In this document: positions 53,986 through 64,000 of the stretch, piece after piece
Layout: each line of letters starts with the position of its first letter
How positions within the stretch are numbered: the first letter of the stretch is position 1
DNA from: Candidatus Ozemobacteraceae bacterium
GTDB taxonomy: Bacteria; Muiribacteriota; Ozemobacteria; Ozemobacterales; Ozemobacteraceae
Reading direction: 5' to 3'
Assembly (NCBI GenBank): GCA_965140445.1
Contig: OZ223236.1
Span: 704,001 to 768,000 of the forward strand
Length of the DNA: 64,000 nt
Notes under the pieces: generated by a model
What the model was told of the DNA's origin: nothing
The model's database searches: none
The model's input: only the letters and a program-made list of their open reading frames with translations
Position numbers and translations under genes: made by a program

Positions 53986-54684
53986 ATGAAAAAAATCCTT
54001 ATCATTGATGATGATGTTGAACTTTGTGAACTTCTTGAAGAGTATCTTACCGGCCAGGAATTCATGGTTGAAAAGCTTCATGATGGTAAGGAAGGGCTGG
54101 AATATGGTTTAAAGACTATTCCCGATTTAATTATTCTGGACGTAATGTTGCCAGGTATGAATGGCTTTGAGGTTCTTCGCGGATTGAGAGCAGAATCTAC
54201 CATTCCCATAATCATGCTTACTGCAAAAGGCGAAGAGATAGATCGTATCGTCGGGTTAGAATTGGGGGCAGATGATTATCTACCGAAGCCTTTTAATCCA
54301 AGAGAACTCTTAGCAAGGGTGCGGGCAGTATTTAGGAGAATTGGCAAAAGCGATAAAGACTCCACAGAAGAAGGGCATCGCATTGAAGTCGGAGATGTTG
54401 TTCTTGATAAAAATACTCAAACGGTTTACAAGGATTCTGAGCAGATAACATTGACCTCTGTGGAGTTTCAAATTTTGAAAATTTTACTTGAGAATGCTGG
54501 GAAAGTCGTTGAAAGGCCGGATCTTTCAGAAAAAGTTCTGGGCAGGCGACTTAGTTATGATGATCGCAGTATAGATGTGCATTTAAGCAATTTACGAAAA
54601 AAACTTGGTCATAAGCTTGGCGATCTTGAGCGCATAAAAACCGTAAGGGGAACAGGTTATTTATATGTCAAACTCCAGGAATAA
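53986..54684 (+). CDS. cpxR: OmpR-family response regulator, CpxR-like
   Basis: LDVMLP, MLTAKG, GLELGADDYLPKPFNPREL, VLGRRL..DRSIDVHLSNLRKKL. Confidence 0.8.
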   Translation: MKKILIIDDDVELCELLEEYLTGQEFMVEKLHDGKEGLEYGLKTIPDLIILDVMLPGMNGFEVLRGLRAESTIPIIMLTAKGEEIDRIVGLELGADDYLPKPFNPRELLARVRAVFRRIGKSDKDSTEEGHRIEVGDVVLDKNTQTVYKDSEQITLTSVEFQILKILLENAGKVVERPDLSEKVLGRRLSYDDRSIDVHLSNLRKKLGHKLGDLERIKTVRGTGYLYVKLQE

Positions 54685-56236
54685 TCCTTTAAATAAAGAG
54701 TTGGAAACAAGGATCGATAACCATAAACTTCCAGGAAGGTTTTCTGGAATGTTTTTTAAACTATTTTTTGGGATTTGGTTTACGGCCTTGCTAACTTCAA
54801 TCTTTGTTGGGGTTTGGGGATATTTTTTCCACTTTAAACCTGATAGAGCTAGATTTGCTGAAATGGGGCAGAATTTTTTACAAGCTCATGGAAAAAGCCT
54901 GGTTGATCTTTATGAATCAAATGGTGGAGATGCTGTAGAAAGATTTGAACCTCCCGGGCTCCTGATTATTTTTGATTCAGAAAAAAAACTCATTCTGAAA
55001 TTTGATAAGCATCCAAATCCTCCCGGTATGCGTCGGGGAGGCTGGGGAGGAAGACCACCGGAAGATGAAGGTGGCTTTAGCTTTCATGGAAAGCAAAATA
55101 ACCGTAAAGAAGTCGGGCGATCTCCAGGACCTGAAAGATTTAGTGAGATAAATTGGGAAACCCCTGAAATTTATAGTTTTTTGAGCAGCCTGGATAATGA
55201 AAACGAGGGCTCTTTTCTTGAGATAAGGGGAAGAATCGTAATTGGTGCCAAAATTTTATCTAATTCGGGAAAAGGCTATTACATTCTAAAAGGCTTGCCA
55301 AGAGAGCTGAGTATGAAGCACGAAAGATTTTTTAAGGCTATTTTTACTATTACGCCTATTTTTCTATTCACAACAACTATTTTATGCTTCTTTCTCACCA
55401 GATCATTTGTTAGGCCTGTAAATGATTTGAGAAGGGTGAGCAGAGAATTTTCAAATGGAAATCTTAAGGCAAGACCCGGACAAAAAGAGCTTGAACGAAA
55501 AGACGAAATTGGCGATTTAACCAGAGATTTCAATCATATGTCAGAGAAGATTGAATCAATGATGGTTTCTCAAAAACGTCTTTTAAGTGATATTTCCCAT
55601 GAGTTAAGATCGCCTTTAGCAAGGCTTAAGGTTGCTCTTGAATTACTAATCGAAAAATCAACAGAAGATTCAAAAAAATTAATAAGCAGAATTGATACCG
55701 AGACTGATCGTCTCAACTCAATGATTGGCCAGGTTTTGGAGCTATCAAGAGCGGATTTAACGCAAAACTATGACCAGAAAAAAGATTTGAATCTATATGA
55801 AATTTTGGAAAAAGTTGTGGTGGATGCACGCTTTGAGGCTGCTTCCAAAAAATGTGAAATAGTGCTGGAGACAAATGAAAAATCATTAGAAATAGGATGT
55901 TTTGAAGATCAGTTGAACCGAGCCATTGAAAATGTGATTCGAAATGCAATTAAATATAGCCCGGAAAACTCTAAAATATCCGTATCCATGGCAGCTGAAA
56001 AAAATAATGTTCAGATAATTATCTCAGACAGTGGGCCTGGTGTTGCTGAAGAAGAACTTGGACGATTGTTTGAACCGTTTTATCGAGTAAATACGGCAAG
56101 GGATAGAAAAACCGGAGGCGCTGGCCTGGGATTGGCGATTTCAAGAAAAGCAGTTGAGTCTCATAAAGGCAAAATCAGCGCAAAGAACGGAAAAAATGGT
56201 GGATTAGAAGTTTATATAGAATTGCCCCTTCTCTAA
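54665..56236 (+). CDS. cpxA: Sensor histidine kinase, CpxA-like (2 TM, HAMP, HisKA, HATPase)
   Basis: LLSDISHELRSPLARL, AIENVIRNAIKY, DSGPGV, FEPFYRV..ARDRKTGGAGLGLAI. Confidence 0.8.
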   Translation: MSNSRNNPLNKELETRIDNHKLPGRFSGMFFKLFFGIWFTALLTSIFVGVWGYFFHFKPDRARFAEMGQNFLQAHGKSLVDLYESNGGDAVERFEPPGLLIIFDSEKKLILKFDKHPNPPGMRRGGWGGRPPEDEGGFSFHGKQNNRKEVGRSPGPERFSEINWETPEIYSFLSSLDNENEGSFLEIRGRIVIGAKILSNSGKGYYILKGLPRELSMKHERFFKAIFTITPIFLFTTTILCFFLTRSFVRPVNDLRRVSREFSNGNLKARPGQKELERKDEIGDLTRDFNHMSEKIESMMVSQKRLLSDISHELRSPLARLKVALELLIEKSTEDSKKLISRIDTETDRLNSMIGQVLELSRADLTQNYDQKKDLNLYEILEKVVVDARFEAASKKCEIVLETNEKSLEIGCFEDQLNRAIENVIRNAIKYSPENSKISVSMAAEKNNVQIIISDSGPGVAEEELGRLFEPFYRVNTARDRKTGGAGLGLAISRKAVESHKGKISAKNGKNGGLEVYIELPLL

Positions 56237-56295
56237 AACCTCTTTTTCCTGCATAATGGGTAATCGATTAGCACAAGATTATTTGAGAGGGTTTT

Positions 56296-56721
56296 ATGTC
56301 TTCCTATTTGGTTTTTCCTACCTTTTTTCTGGGTTTTCTACTTATCTGGGTATTGGTCATAAAGTTGATCATGTGGCTGTCTGGTTTGACAAAACTTGCA
56401 AGCCGTCATCCATTTGTTGAATCAAGAATTAGTTCGGAAGAGATTAAAAGATGGGATTATGTTTCTGGTTCAATAAATAAAAACTCTTTTAGAAATGCTC
56501 TATCAATAGTTATTCACGAAGAAGGACTATTGATTTCTCCTTTTTTTCTTTTCAGAGTTGGCGCTGGCAAAGCTTTGATTCCATGGTCTGAGGTTCAGTT
56601 TAATGGAGTTTCTGTTGAAGGATGCTTTGAATGGACTGATTTCGAAGCTGCAGGGGTCAGATTTCATCTTTTTGGAAACATGGAAGAAATTCAAAATTTT
56701 GCTGAGTCTTCTTCTGAATAA
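56296..56721 (+). CDS. Hypothetical membrane-anchored protein
   Basis: N-terminal TM helix; GL.ISP..LFR..LIPWSEV; GAGG SD. Confidence 0.65.
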   Translation: MSSYLVFPTFFLGFLLIWVLVIKLIMWLSGLTKLASRHPFVESRISSEEIKRWDYVSGSINKNSFRNALSIVIHEEGLLISPFFLFRVGAGKALIPWSEVQFNGVSVEGCFEWTDFEAAGVRFHLFGNMEEIQNFAESSSE

Positions 56722-56732
56722 AGCGCTTTTAC

Positions 56733-56761
56733 TTGCATCAAATAGCTTGTTAGGCTAAACT
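56733..56761 (+). promoter_or_regulatory. Sigma-70-type promoter of aspS
   Basis: TTGCAT-N17-TAAACT. Confidence 0.5.
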
Positions 56762-56795
56762 GACACTCAAAATTTATAACAAAGGGATAACTCTG

Positions 56796-58571
56796 ATGCA
56801 TCCTTATAGAACTCATAATTGTGGCGAATTACGTGGAACTGATGAAGGCAAGGAAGTCCGTCTTTCTGGCTGGATTCACAGAAAAAGAAATCTTGGCGGA
56901 GTTTTATTTATTACTCTTAGAGATAGTTATGGTATAACTCAGGTCCTGGTTGAGCCTGGCACTAAAATTCATGAGCAAATGGAAGACATCAGGGTTGAAT
57001 CTGTTATCACAATTGATGGCATCGTTCGCAGCCGAGGCGAAAATATCAATAAGGATATGCCGACTGGTGAAATCGAGGTTGAAGCAAACACTCTTGAAGT
57101 GCAGAGTCACGCTGATATTCTTCCTTTCCAGGTGGCAGACGATGACAATGCACCTGAATCAACCCGCTTGACCTATAGATTTCTTGATTTAAGAAAAGAG
57201 AAACTTCATAACAACATTATGTTGCGCTCTAAGGTTATATTCAGCATTCGCAAAAGAATGATGGATATGGGATTCAACGAATTTCAAACTCCTATTCTGA
57301 CAAGTAGCTCACCAGAAGGTGCAAGAGATTATCTTGTGCCAAGTCGACTTTATCCAGGCAAATTCTATGCTTTACCTCAAGCTCCACAGCAATTTAAACA
57401 GCTTTTGATGGTTTCTGGTTTCGATCGATATTTTCAGATTGCACCATGTTTCAGAGATGAGGATGCCAGGGCAGATCGCTCTCCTGGCGAATTCTATCAG
57501 TTAGACGTTGAAATGGCTTATGCCACTCAGGAAGACGTTTTTGAAGCTCTTGAAAAGATGTTTTATGGCCTGTTCACAGAATTCTCCGATTGGGATGTGA
57601 CTCCAGCTCCATTTCCAAGAATTCCTTTTGAAGAAGCTATGCTCAAATATGGATCAGATAAGCCAGATCTAAGATTTGGACTTGAAATTAACGATGTTTC
57701 AGATATTTTCGCCAGATCAGACTTTAATGCCTTTAAAGGTGTTGTGGAAAGCGGTGGCGTAGTTCGCGCTATTGCGGTTCCTGGTCTTGCTGAGAAATCT
57801 CGTAAATTTTTTAAAGACCTGGAAGAATTCGCAAAAGAAGCTGGTGCTAAAGGATTAGCCAGTCTTAATTTTATGGCTGATGGCGAAGTTAAGGGAAGCC
57901 TTGCTAAGCCACTTTCAGATGAAACAAAAAATGAGCTGAAAACATCACTCCAGGCCGGTGAAAATAGTTCTATTTTGATCGTAGCAGACAAAGCAGATGT
58001 GGCGGCCAAAATCCTTGGTAGAGTTCGCCTGCATTTGGCTGATTTGCTTGATTTGCGCAAAAAGAACTGCTTTAAATTCTGTTGGATTGTTGATTTTCCA
58101 ATGTTTGAAAAAGATGAAGAAACCGGAAAAATCGAATTTAGTCACAATCCTTTCTCAATGCCACAGGGCGGAATGGAAGCCCTTGAAACTCAGGACCCTT
58201 TGAGTATTAAAGCCTATCAATATGATATCGTTTGTAACGGAACTGAACTTAGCTCTGGTGCAATAAGAAACCATAAGCCGGAAATCATGTATAAAGCCTT
58301 TGAAATAGCTGGATATGACAATGCTGTGGTGGATGATAAGTTTGGTGGAATGATTAAAGCCTTCAAATTTGGCGCTCCTCCACATGGTGGAATTGCTCCT
58401 GGAGTAGACAGGATAGTGATGTTGCTGGCAAACGAGCCAAACATTCGTGAAGTAATAGCCTTTCCAATGAACCAGAATGCACAAGATCTTCTTATGCAGG
58501 CTCCGGGCGAAGTTAATCCTGAGCAACTAAAAGAACTAAGTCTTCAAGTTGTCCAGGAAGAAAAGAAATAG
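56796..58571 (+). CDS. aspS: Aspartate-tRNA ligase
   Basis: [57 protein letters not shown]. Confidence 0.98.
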   Translation: MHPYRTHNCGELRGTDEGKEVRLSGWIHRKRNLGGVLFITLRDSYGITQVLVEPGTKIHEQMEDIRVESVITIDGIVRSRGENINKDMPTGEIEVEANTLEVQSHADILPFQVADDDNAPESTRLTYRFLDLRKEKLHNNIMLRSKVIFSIRKRMMDMGFNEFQTPILTSSSPEGARDYLVPSRLYPGKFYALPQAPQQFKQLLMVSGFDRYFQIAPCFRDEDARADRSPGEFYQLDVEMAYATQEDVFEALEKMFYGLFTEFSDWDVTPAPFPRIPFEEAMLKYGSDKPDLRFGLEINDVSDIFARSDFNAFKGVVESGGVVRAIAVPGLAEKSRKFFKDLEEFAKEAGAKGLASLNFMADGEVKGSLAKPLSDETKNELKTSLQAGENSSILIVADKADVAAKILGRVRLHLADLLDLRKKNCFKFCWIVDFPMFEKDEETGKIEFSHNPFSMPQGGMEALETQDPLSIKAYQYDIVCNGTELSSGAIRNHKPEIMYKAFEIAGYDNAVVDDKFGGMIKAFKFGAPPHGGIAPGVDRIVMLLANEPNIREVIAFPMNQNAQDLLMQAPGEVNPEQLKELSLQVVQEEKK

Positions 58572-58573
58572 AT

Positions 58574-58607
58574 TAAAAAGGCGTTTCAGATTCTGAAACG
58601 CCTTTTA
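58574..58607 (+). terminator. Terminator after aspS
   Basis: AAAAGGCGTTTCAG...CTGAAACGCCTTTT. Confidence 0.85.
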
Positions 58608-58623
58608 ATTTTAGGAACAAGCA

Positions 58624-60882
58624 TTGATTCGTTTAATTTTTACGCTGACAGCTTTTGTGGGCTCTTTTTTGCTGTTTATGGTACAACCATTGGCCGGAAA
58701 GCTAATTTTGCCATGTCTTGGTGGGGCTCCCGCTGTCTGGACCGCATGTATGCTGTTCTTTCAAACTGTTTTGCTCTTCGGTTACGTATATGCTGCCCAG
58801 GCAATTAAAAAAGTTGGATGTGAAAAACAATCTGTTTTGCATATTCTATTGCTGGTGCTGGGATTCGTATTTTTGCCCTTATCTATTGATTTTTCTGGCT
58901 TAGATTCAGCAATTCACCAGCCGGTGACATGGATGCTGGCCAAGCTGGTTGCTTCTATTGGGTTCCTTTTTTTCGTTGTCTCAGCTAATGCTCCCATGGT
59001 GCAAAGATGGTATTCAACTATAGGGCAACGGGATTCAACAGATCCATATTTTCTTTACGCAGCAAGCAATGTTGGCAGTCTTGTAGCGCTTTTGGGATAT
59101 CCTCTTGTGATGGAGCCAAATTTTAGTGTTTCAGATGCCAGGGAGATCTGGTCTGGTGGCTATCTCGTTTTAACCTTTCTTGTTCTGGTCTGTTCATTTA
59201 TTGTTTGGAAAGATAGCGGAAAAGATTCAAAGAATGAGCAAGATCAATCCGAGAGCTCCAAGTTAGAGCCTTCAATGCTCCAAAAGTTGAAATGGGTGTT
59301 TTGGGCTTTTATCCCAAACAGCTGCATGTTAGCAGTTACTATGCATATTTCCACAGATGTGGCATCAATTCCTCTGATGTGGGTTATCCCACTGGCTATT
59401 TTTCTGGTTTCCTTTATCCTGGTGTTTGCAAAAATAGACTTTTGGAGAGAATTTGCCTGGGATTCATATCTGGCTCCATTTGGAACTGTTTTTGCCACTG
59501 TTTTCTTTCTTAGAATGTCTGATCCGGCATGGCTTTCAATTGGAGTACACTTTAGTCTCCTTTTCATTATCTGTATGTCTTTTCATAGCCGTTTGGCAAA
59601 GAGCAGACCACAATCTGAATTTCTCAATTCATTTTTTGTATGGATGTCCGTCGGAGGAATTCTTGGGGGAATTTTTAATAGTGTTGTTGCGCCAATGGTT
59701 TTCAAAACCCAGTTGGAATATCCTTTGACAATTATTGTGGCAATAATTGGAATCGGGTTTGTAAATAAAGAATCTAAAGACAATTCCCTTAAAAGATTGC
59801 TCTTTTCATTTTTGTTTCTTTTGTTGGTAACGCAGATTTTTGGTTATTTCTCAGTCGCTTATTCCAAAAAACTTTTCTCAGATAAGGGAATGGTTATCTT
59901 TCTTGCTTGTGCAACATACCTATTTGCCTTTTTAAGGGCCCGTAAAATTTCGGGGTTTGTTTTTCTTTTTTTAATGAGCTTGGGCTTACATTTTTACACG
60001 ACAAGCCTGTCATGTATTAAAACTGATAGAAGCTTTTTCGGGGTTATGAGGATTGTAAAAGAGGTTTTTTCAACTGAAGAAATCATTGGTAATAAAATGG
60101 TAACCAAGACCTACGACATGGTTTATAAACTAAGGCACGGGACTACTCTTCACGGTGTTGAAAGAAAATTAAAGATTCGTCCCATTTTTCCTTTGTCGTA
60201 TTATTCACGTGAAGGTCCTATCGGTGAAGTATTCAGATTGATGAAAATAAACCGACGGGGAAAAAGTGTTGCGGTTGTTGGCCTGGGGTGCGGAACCCTG
60301 GCTTACTATGGGCGAGACTGGCAAAAATTTGATTTTTTTGAAATTGATCCTGAAGTTATAAAAATAGCTACTGACAAAGACTATTTTACTTATCTCGCCC
60401 GCTGTAAATCAAAATACAGAATTCTTGCAGGTGATGCGCGCGTGAATCTTTCCACAAAGATCCAGGATAGGTTTTACGATCTAATGGTTCTTGATGCCTT
60501 TTCTTCAGACTCTATCCCAGTGCATTTGCTTACCAAAGAGGCTATTCAACTTTATAAGTCTAAGCTCAAACCTGGTGGGGTGCTTGCTTTCCACATATCA
60601 AACAGATTTTTTGATTTGCGACCTGTTCTGGCCAGAATTTGCGCTGATCTGGGTTTAAAATGTTTTTATAGATACGATTTTCCACAACAATACTCAGTAA
60701 AATATGACTGGTATGATTTGCAAAACCTTAGCAGCTCTTTATGGTTAATCGCAGCTAAAGAAGAAGCGAGCATTCGTGGAGTTTTTGCATATAATAAGTG
60801 GCGAAAGCCTGTTTTTCCTGAAGGGTTTAAGACCTGGACGGACGATTATTCTAATCTTCTTGGCGTTTACAACTGGAATTAG
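58624..60882 (+). CDS. Fused multi-TM / spermidine-synthase-like SAM-dependent protein
   Basis: SFLLFMVQP..K..LP.LGGAPAVW, PYFLYAASNVGS, HGTTLHG, VVGLGCGTLA, EIDP, GDAR, LDAFSSDSIPVHLLT, WTDDYSN. Confidence 0.88.
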   Translation: MIRLIFTLTAFVGSFLLFMVQPLAGKLILPCLGGAPAVWTACMLFFQTVLLFGYVYAAQAIKKVGCEKQSVLHILLLVLGFVFLPLSIDFSGLDSAIHQPVTWMLAKLVASIGFLFFVVSANAPMVQRWYSTIGQRDSTDPYFLYAASNVGSLVALLGYPLVMEPNFSVSDAREIWSGGYLVLTFLVLVCSFIVWKDSGKDSKNEQDQSESSKLEPSMLQKLKWVFWAFIPNSCMLAVTMHISTDVASIPLMWVIPLAIFLVSFILVFAKIDFWREFAWDSYLAPFGTVFATVFFLRMSDPAWLSIGVHFSLLFIICMSFHSRLAKSRPQSEFLNSFFVWMSVGGILGGIFNSVVAPMVFKTQLEYPLTIIVAIIGIGFVNKESKDNSLKRLLFSFLFLLLVTQIFGYFSVAYSKKLFSDKGMVIFLACATYLFAFLRARKISGFVFLFLMSLGLHFYTTSLSCIKTDRSFFGVMRIVKEVFSTEEIIGNKMVTKTYDMVYKLRHGTTLHGVERKLKIRPIFPLSYYSREGPIGEVFRLMKINRRGKSVAVVGLGCGTLAYYGRDWQKFDFFEIDPEVIKIATDKDYFTYLARCKSKYRILAGDARVNLSTKIQDRFYDLMVLDAFSSDSIPVHLLTKEAIQLYKSKLKPGGVLAFHISNRFFDLRPVLARICADLGLKCFYRYDFPQQYSVKYDWYDLQNLSSSLWLIAAKEEASIRGVFAYNKWRKPVFPEGFKTWTDDYSNLLGVYNWN

Positions 60883-60917
60883 TTTTTTCGCTTTTGATTT
60901 TTTGACATTAAATTGCT

Positions 60918-63509
60918 GTGAGTAAAATGAAAAACCTGGGTTACCCTGTTGAAGAAATTCTTCCAAGTCTTATCGATAGCTTTTTACACGAGAAAAACGT
61001 TGTTTTAACTGCTCAACCCGGGGCGGGGAAATCAACCATAGTGCCATTGCATCTGATTCGACAGCCCTGGCTGGAAGGAAGGAAGATTTTAATCCTTCAG
61101 CCACGAAGAATCGCGGCAATTTCAGTTGCTAACCGAATGAGTGAGCTATTTAAAACTGAAGTTGGACAGGAAATTGGTTTTGTTGTTCGGCATTATAAAA
61201 AGATCTCTGCAAATACAAGAATTCAGGTTATTACTGAAGGATTGCTAACAAGGATGATTCAATCAGATCCTTTTTTAGAAGATATTGGAATGGTTATTCT
61301 TGATGAATTCCATGAAAGAAGTATTCATTCAGACTTGTGTCTTGCACTTTGCAAAGAAATTCAAAATGATGTGAGACCCGATTTAAAAATTCTGGTAATG
61401 TCTGCTACCTTAGAGTCTGAGCCAGTAAGCAAATTTCTTGGAAATTGCCGAATTGTTAAATCAGCTGGTTTTTTACATGATGTTCAGAAGGTTTATCAAG
61501 AGTTTAACTACTCTGAAGGGATATCTGAAAATGCATATAAAGCATTAAAGCGGGCAAGGAATTCTGATTTGCCGGATAAATGTAGCTTAGTCTTTTTGCC
61601 GGGGCGAGGCGAAATTGAAAAACTCCGTGAGATGCTTGATAGAGATCCTGATTTTGGAGAATTTGAAATTTTGCCTTTACATGGAGGACTAACTCTTGAA
61701 CAACAGAAGAAAGTTCTGGATACAGAGTTTAAAAGCCCAAGAATAATTCTATCCACCAATATTGCTGAAACTTCTTTAACTATTGATTCGGTTTCACTGG
61801 TTATTGATTCCGGATATTGCCGGACTATTGAAATAGATCCCAGCTCAGGAATTGAGGGGCTAAAGCTAAAAAGAATCAGTCGTGCTTCCGCTGACCAAAG
61901 GGCGGGGCGAGCAGGAAGAGTCTGCGCAGGTAAAGCGATTAGATTATGGAGCTTAAACGAACATCAAAATTTAAAAGAGTTTGCTGAGCCTGACATTTTA
62001 AGGTTGGATTTGGCTCCTTTTCTGCTCGAAGTTTTCCTCTGGGGTTGCTCGAAACCTGAAGAATTTAACTGGTTTCAATCGCCATCAGAAAACTCTATCA
62101 GGCTTGGGGTTAATCTTTTAAATCTTCTTGGAGCAATTGATGCAAACAGAGGCATTACACAGATTGGCCGGAAAATGGCTTCCTTGCCGGTTGACCCAAG
62201 ACTTGCCAGGATGATTTTGTTTTCTGAAAAACAAAGTGTCAGGCAGATAACCATTGTCTATGCTGCTTTGCTTTCCGAAAAGAGCTTTTATCGGTCTAAA
62301 GAACCTTTATTCAGAGCATTTTCAGGAAAATCAGATTTAAGATTTATGTTCGATCTATATCTAGGTTTGTGTAATCATGAGTCAGTTTCAGAGTTGTTAA
62401 CCATTGATAAAAAAGCATTTCAAAGAGTCAAAGCTTCTGCTGCGCAGATTGCATCAAAGTTTGGATTTTCAAAGCTTGAGGACGGTGAGAATTTAACTGA
62501 GAAAGATTTCATTGAAGCGGAGAAAGCTATTTTGGCAGCTTTTCCCGATAGAGTTGGAATCATTCGGGGCAATCAAGATCAAAGAGCATACAAGCTGGTA
62601 GATGGAGCAGGATACAGGTTGGCTAACTCAAGCCTGGTTAAAGATGCAAAGATGGTTGTTGCTGTTTCCCTCGATAAAAACTGCGGAAATAATGGCGATG
62701 GGAAGATTTTTTGTGCAACCGAAATTGCTTCAGATTGGATTGATGAAGTCTGCTCACATCTGGTTGATACTCAGATATTGATTCGATTTGACAATAAAAC
62801 CGGATCTATTGTTAAAGAAAGAGCAAAATTTTTTCAGTCGCTGATTATTGAAAGTGTTCGGGAAGAAATTTTTCCTGAAGATCAAGCTTCAATCGAGAAA
62901 ATATTGGGAGAGCATGTTCTGGCAAATTTGCCTGAGTTTTTCAGTTTAAGTAACGACAACTTTCTACAGCTTAAATTTCGTGTCGATCTTTTAAAAAAAT
63001 TCCCTGAGGGTAGTGAGCTGGAGAATTTTGACGAAGAGTGGATAAAGATAAAACTGCCAGAGTTACTCATTGGTTGCCGCTCAGTAAAGGATCTTCGATT
63101 GATTGATCTGCCTCAGCGATATCTAAATGAATTGTCGTATGCTCAGCAAAAGGATCTGGACAGACTTGTTCCTACACGCTTTTCACTTCCATCGGGGAAC
63201 TCTGCCAGGATTATTTATCAAGATGAAGGGAGTCCTCTTTTGAACGTCAAACTTCAGGAAATGTTTGGACAATCCGAAACTCCAACAATTGTGAATGGTA
63301 GACAGCCTCTTTTGATTCAACTCCTTTCACCAGCAGGAAGACCTTTGCAATTAACCCAGGATTTAAAATCATTTTGGGTAAATGGATACCCACATATTGC
63401 TAAAGAAATGAAAGGCAGGTATCTCAAGCACCCCTGGCCAGAAAATCCTTCTGCAGCGGTTCCTTTTGGGGGGACAAAGCGACAATTTGCGAGGAAAAAT
63501 TTGAAGTAA
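60918..63509 (+). CDS. hrpB: ATP-dependent helicase HrpB
   Basis: PGAGKST, QPRRIAA, DEFHERS, MSATL, TNIAETSLTI, QRAGRAGR, C-terminal LLSPAGRP.Q.TQDL.SFW..GY..KHPWP. Confidence 0.95.
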   Translation: MSKMKNLGYPVEEILPSLIDSFLHEKNVVLTAQPGAGKSTIVPLHLIRQPWLEGRKILILQPRRIAAISVANRMSELFKTEVGQEIGFVVRHYKKISANTRIQVITEGLLTRMIQSDPFLEDIGMVILDEFHERSIHSDLCLALCKEIQNDVRPDLKILVMSATLESEPVSKFLGNCRIVKSAGFLHDVQKVYQEFNYSEGISENAYKALKRARNSDLPDKCSLVFLPGRGEIEKLREMLDRDPDFGEFEILPLHGGLTLEQQKKVLDTEFKSPRIILSTNIAETSLTIDSVSLVIDSGYCRTIEIDPSSGIEGLKLKRISRASADQRAGRAGRVCAGKAIRLWSLNEHQNLKEFAEPDILRLDLAPFLLEVFLWGCSKPEEFNWFQSPSENSIRLGVNLLNLLGAIDANRGITQIGRKMASLPVDPRLARMILFSEKQSVRQITIVYAALLSEKSFYRSKEPLFRAFSGKSDLRFMFDLYLGLCNHESVSELLTIDKKAFQRVKASAAQIASKFGFSKLEDGENLTEKDFIEAEKAILAAFPDRVGIIRGNQDQRAYKLVDGAGYRLANSSLVKDAKMVVAVSLDKNCGNNGDGKIFCATEIASDWIDEVCSHLVDTQILIRFDNKTGSIVKERAKFFQSLIIESVREEIFPEDQASIEKILGEHVLANLPEFFSLSNDNFLQLKFRVDLLKKFPEGSELENFDEEWIKIKLPELLIGCRSVKDLRLIDLPQRYLNELSYAQQKDLDRLVPTRFSLPSGNSARIIYQDEGSPLLNVKLQEMFGQSETPTIVNGRQPLLIQLLSPAGRPLQLTQDLKSFWVNGYPHIAKEMKGRYLKHPWPENPSAAVPFGGTKRQFARKNLK

Positions 63510-63514
63510 AAATA

Positions 63515-63541
63515 AAAAGGCCTCCAAACAGGAAGCCTTTT
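63515..63541. terminator. Bidirectional terminator
   Basis: AAAAGGCCTCC-AAACA-GGAAGCCTTTT between convergent genes. Confidence 0.7.
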
Positions 63542-63564
63542 CTATTTTGGATTATTGATTAGAT

Positions 63565-64000
63565 CTAGAACTCTACGTTATCCATTACTTTGGTTTTAAT
63601 AAAATTGTATCTCGCGCTGTTCAATGTTTTTAGCCAGGATGGGTTGTAGCGATAGGAAACGGTGGCATCTACGATTGCAACGCGTGCAGCCAGAGTGTCA
63701 GCCTGATTAAATTCGGCTTTCCATTCTGTTGTTACTTCTGGGTGGAAATAAAGAAATCTTAATGCCATTTCTCTGAGTAAAATACTCTTAAAACGCAAAG
63801 TTCTTGCTTCATCTGTCAGCTCAACGAATGTTGGTTTATGCCAGGAGTGTTGTGTTATAAAAACGTAGCCATCTGAAGAGAAGGCCATGATTGTGTCATT
63901 GGTTGGAACAAAGCAGACAGCTTCTGTGCAGGTTGAGAAATATTTTGGCAGTTCAGCAAACACTTCGCCGATCGCAATATTTTGCTCATCATTAATGTGC
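63565..64000 (-). CDS. 3' part of a hypothetical protein truncated by the window edge
   Basis: The frame of ORF 63565..63963 stays open to the window end. Confidence 0.6.
   Translation of the reverse strand, partial: HINDEQNIAIGEVFAELPKYFSTCTEAVCFVPTNDTIMAFSSDGYVFITQHSWHKPTFVELTDEARTLRFKSILLREMALRFLYFHPEVTTEWKAEFNQADTLAARVAIVDATVSYRYNPSWLKTLNSARYNFIKTKVMDNVEF

Noticed and set aside
56796..58571. Non-discriminating AspRS call
   Set aside because: It has RNLGG rather than the RDHGG often seen in non-discriminating enzymes, and asnA is present; cannot be decided by eye

Overview
AT-rich bacterial chromosome segment, densely coding. Gene content points to an anaerobic, motile, probably diderm organism. 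An uncultured lineage such as Candidatus Riflebacteria is my inference and cannot be verified here. The window holds four blocks. (1) Two large chemotaxis clusters. On the minus strand, 2.5-16.6 kb: STAS, cheY, a CheA with a degenerate ATP lid, a short CheR, an MBL hydrolase, a poly-HAMP/PAS MCP, cheW-R-B-D, and a CheA split inside its P2 domain. On the plus strand, 19.5-30.2 kb: cheD, a receiver, two CheX-like genes, a double-Hpt CheA, cheW, a Cache MCP, a Cys-less CheD, cheR, cheB and two receivers. (2) asnA/asnC, then a 13-kb hydrogen locus with Rex-type operators: rex-hydCBA (bifurcating [FeFe] hydrogenase), two PAS-sensory hydrogenase + PP2C phosphatase pairs and a monomeric [FeFe] hydrogenase, followed by ansB and trmB. 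(3) A 770-bp gap without a credible ORF (49231-49999) holding two tandem units, each a sigma-54 -24/-12 promoter, a short structured RNA and an intrinsic terminator. One unit is GGA-rich and the other is pyrimidine/anti-SD-rich. This is my best candidate for an undescribed regulatory system. (4) pruA, a Cpx-like module (EF-hand repeat protein, Spy/CpxP-like protein, CpxR/CpxA-like pair), aspS, a fused membrane/spermidine-synthase-like gene and hrpB. I recognised no rRNA, tRNA, CRISPR array or mobile element. All calls come from reading motifs by eye; no database searches were run.
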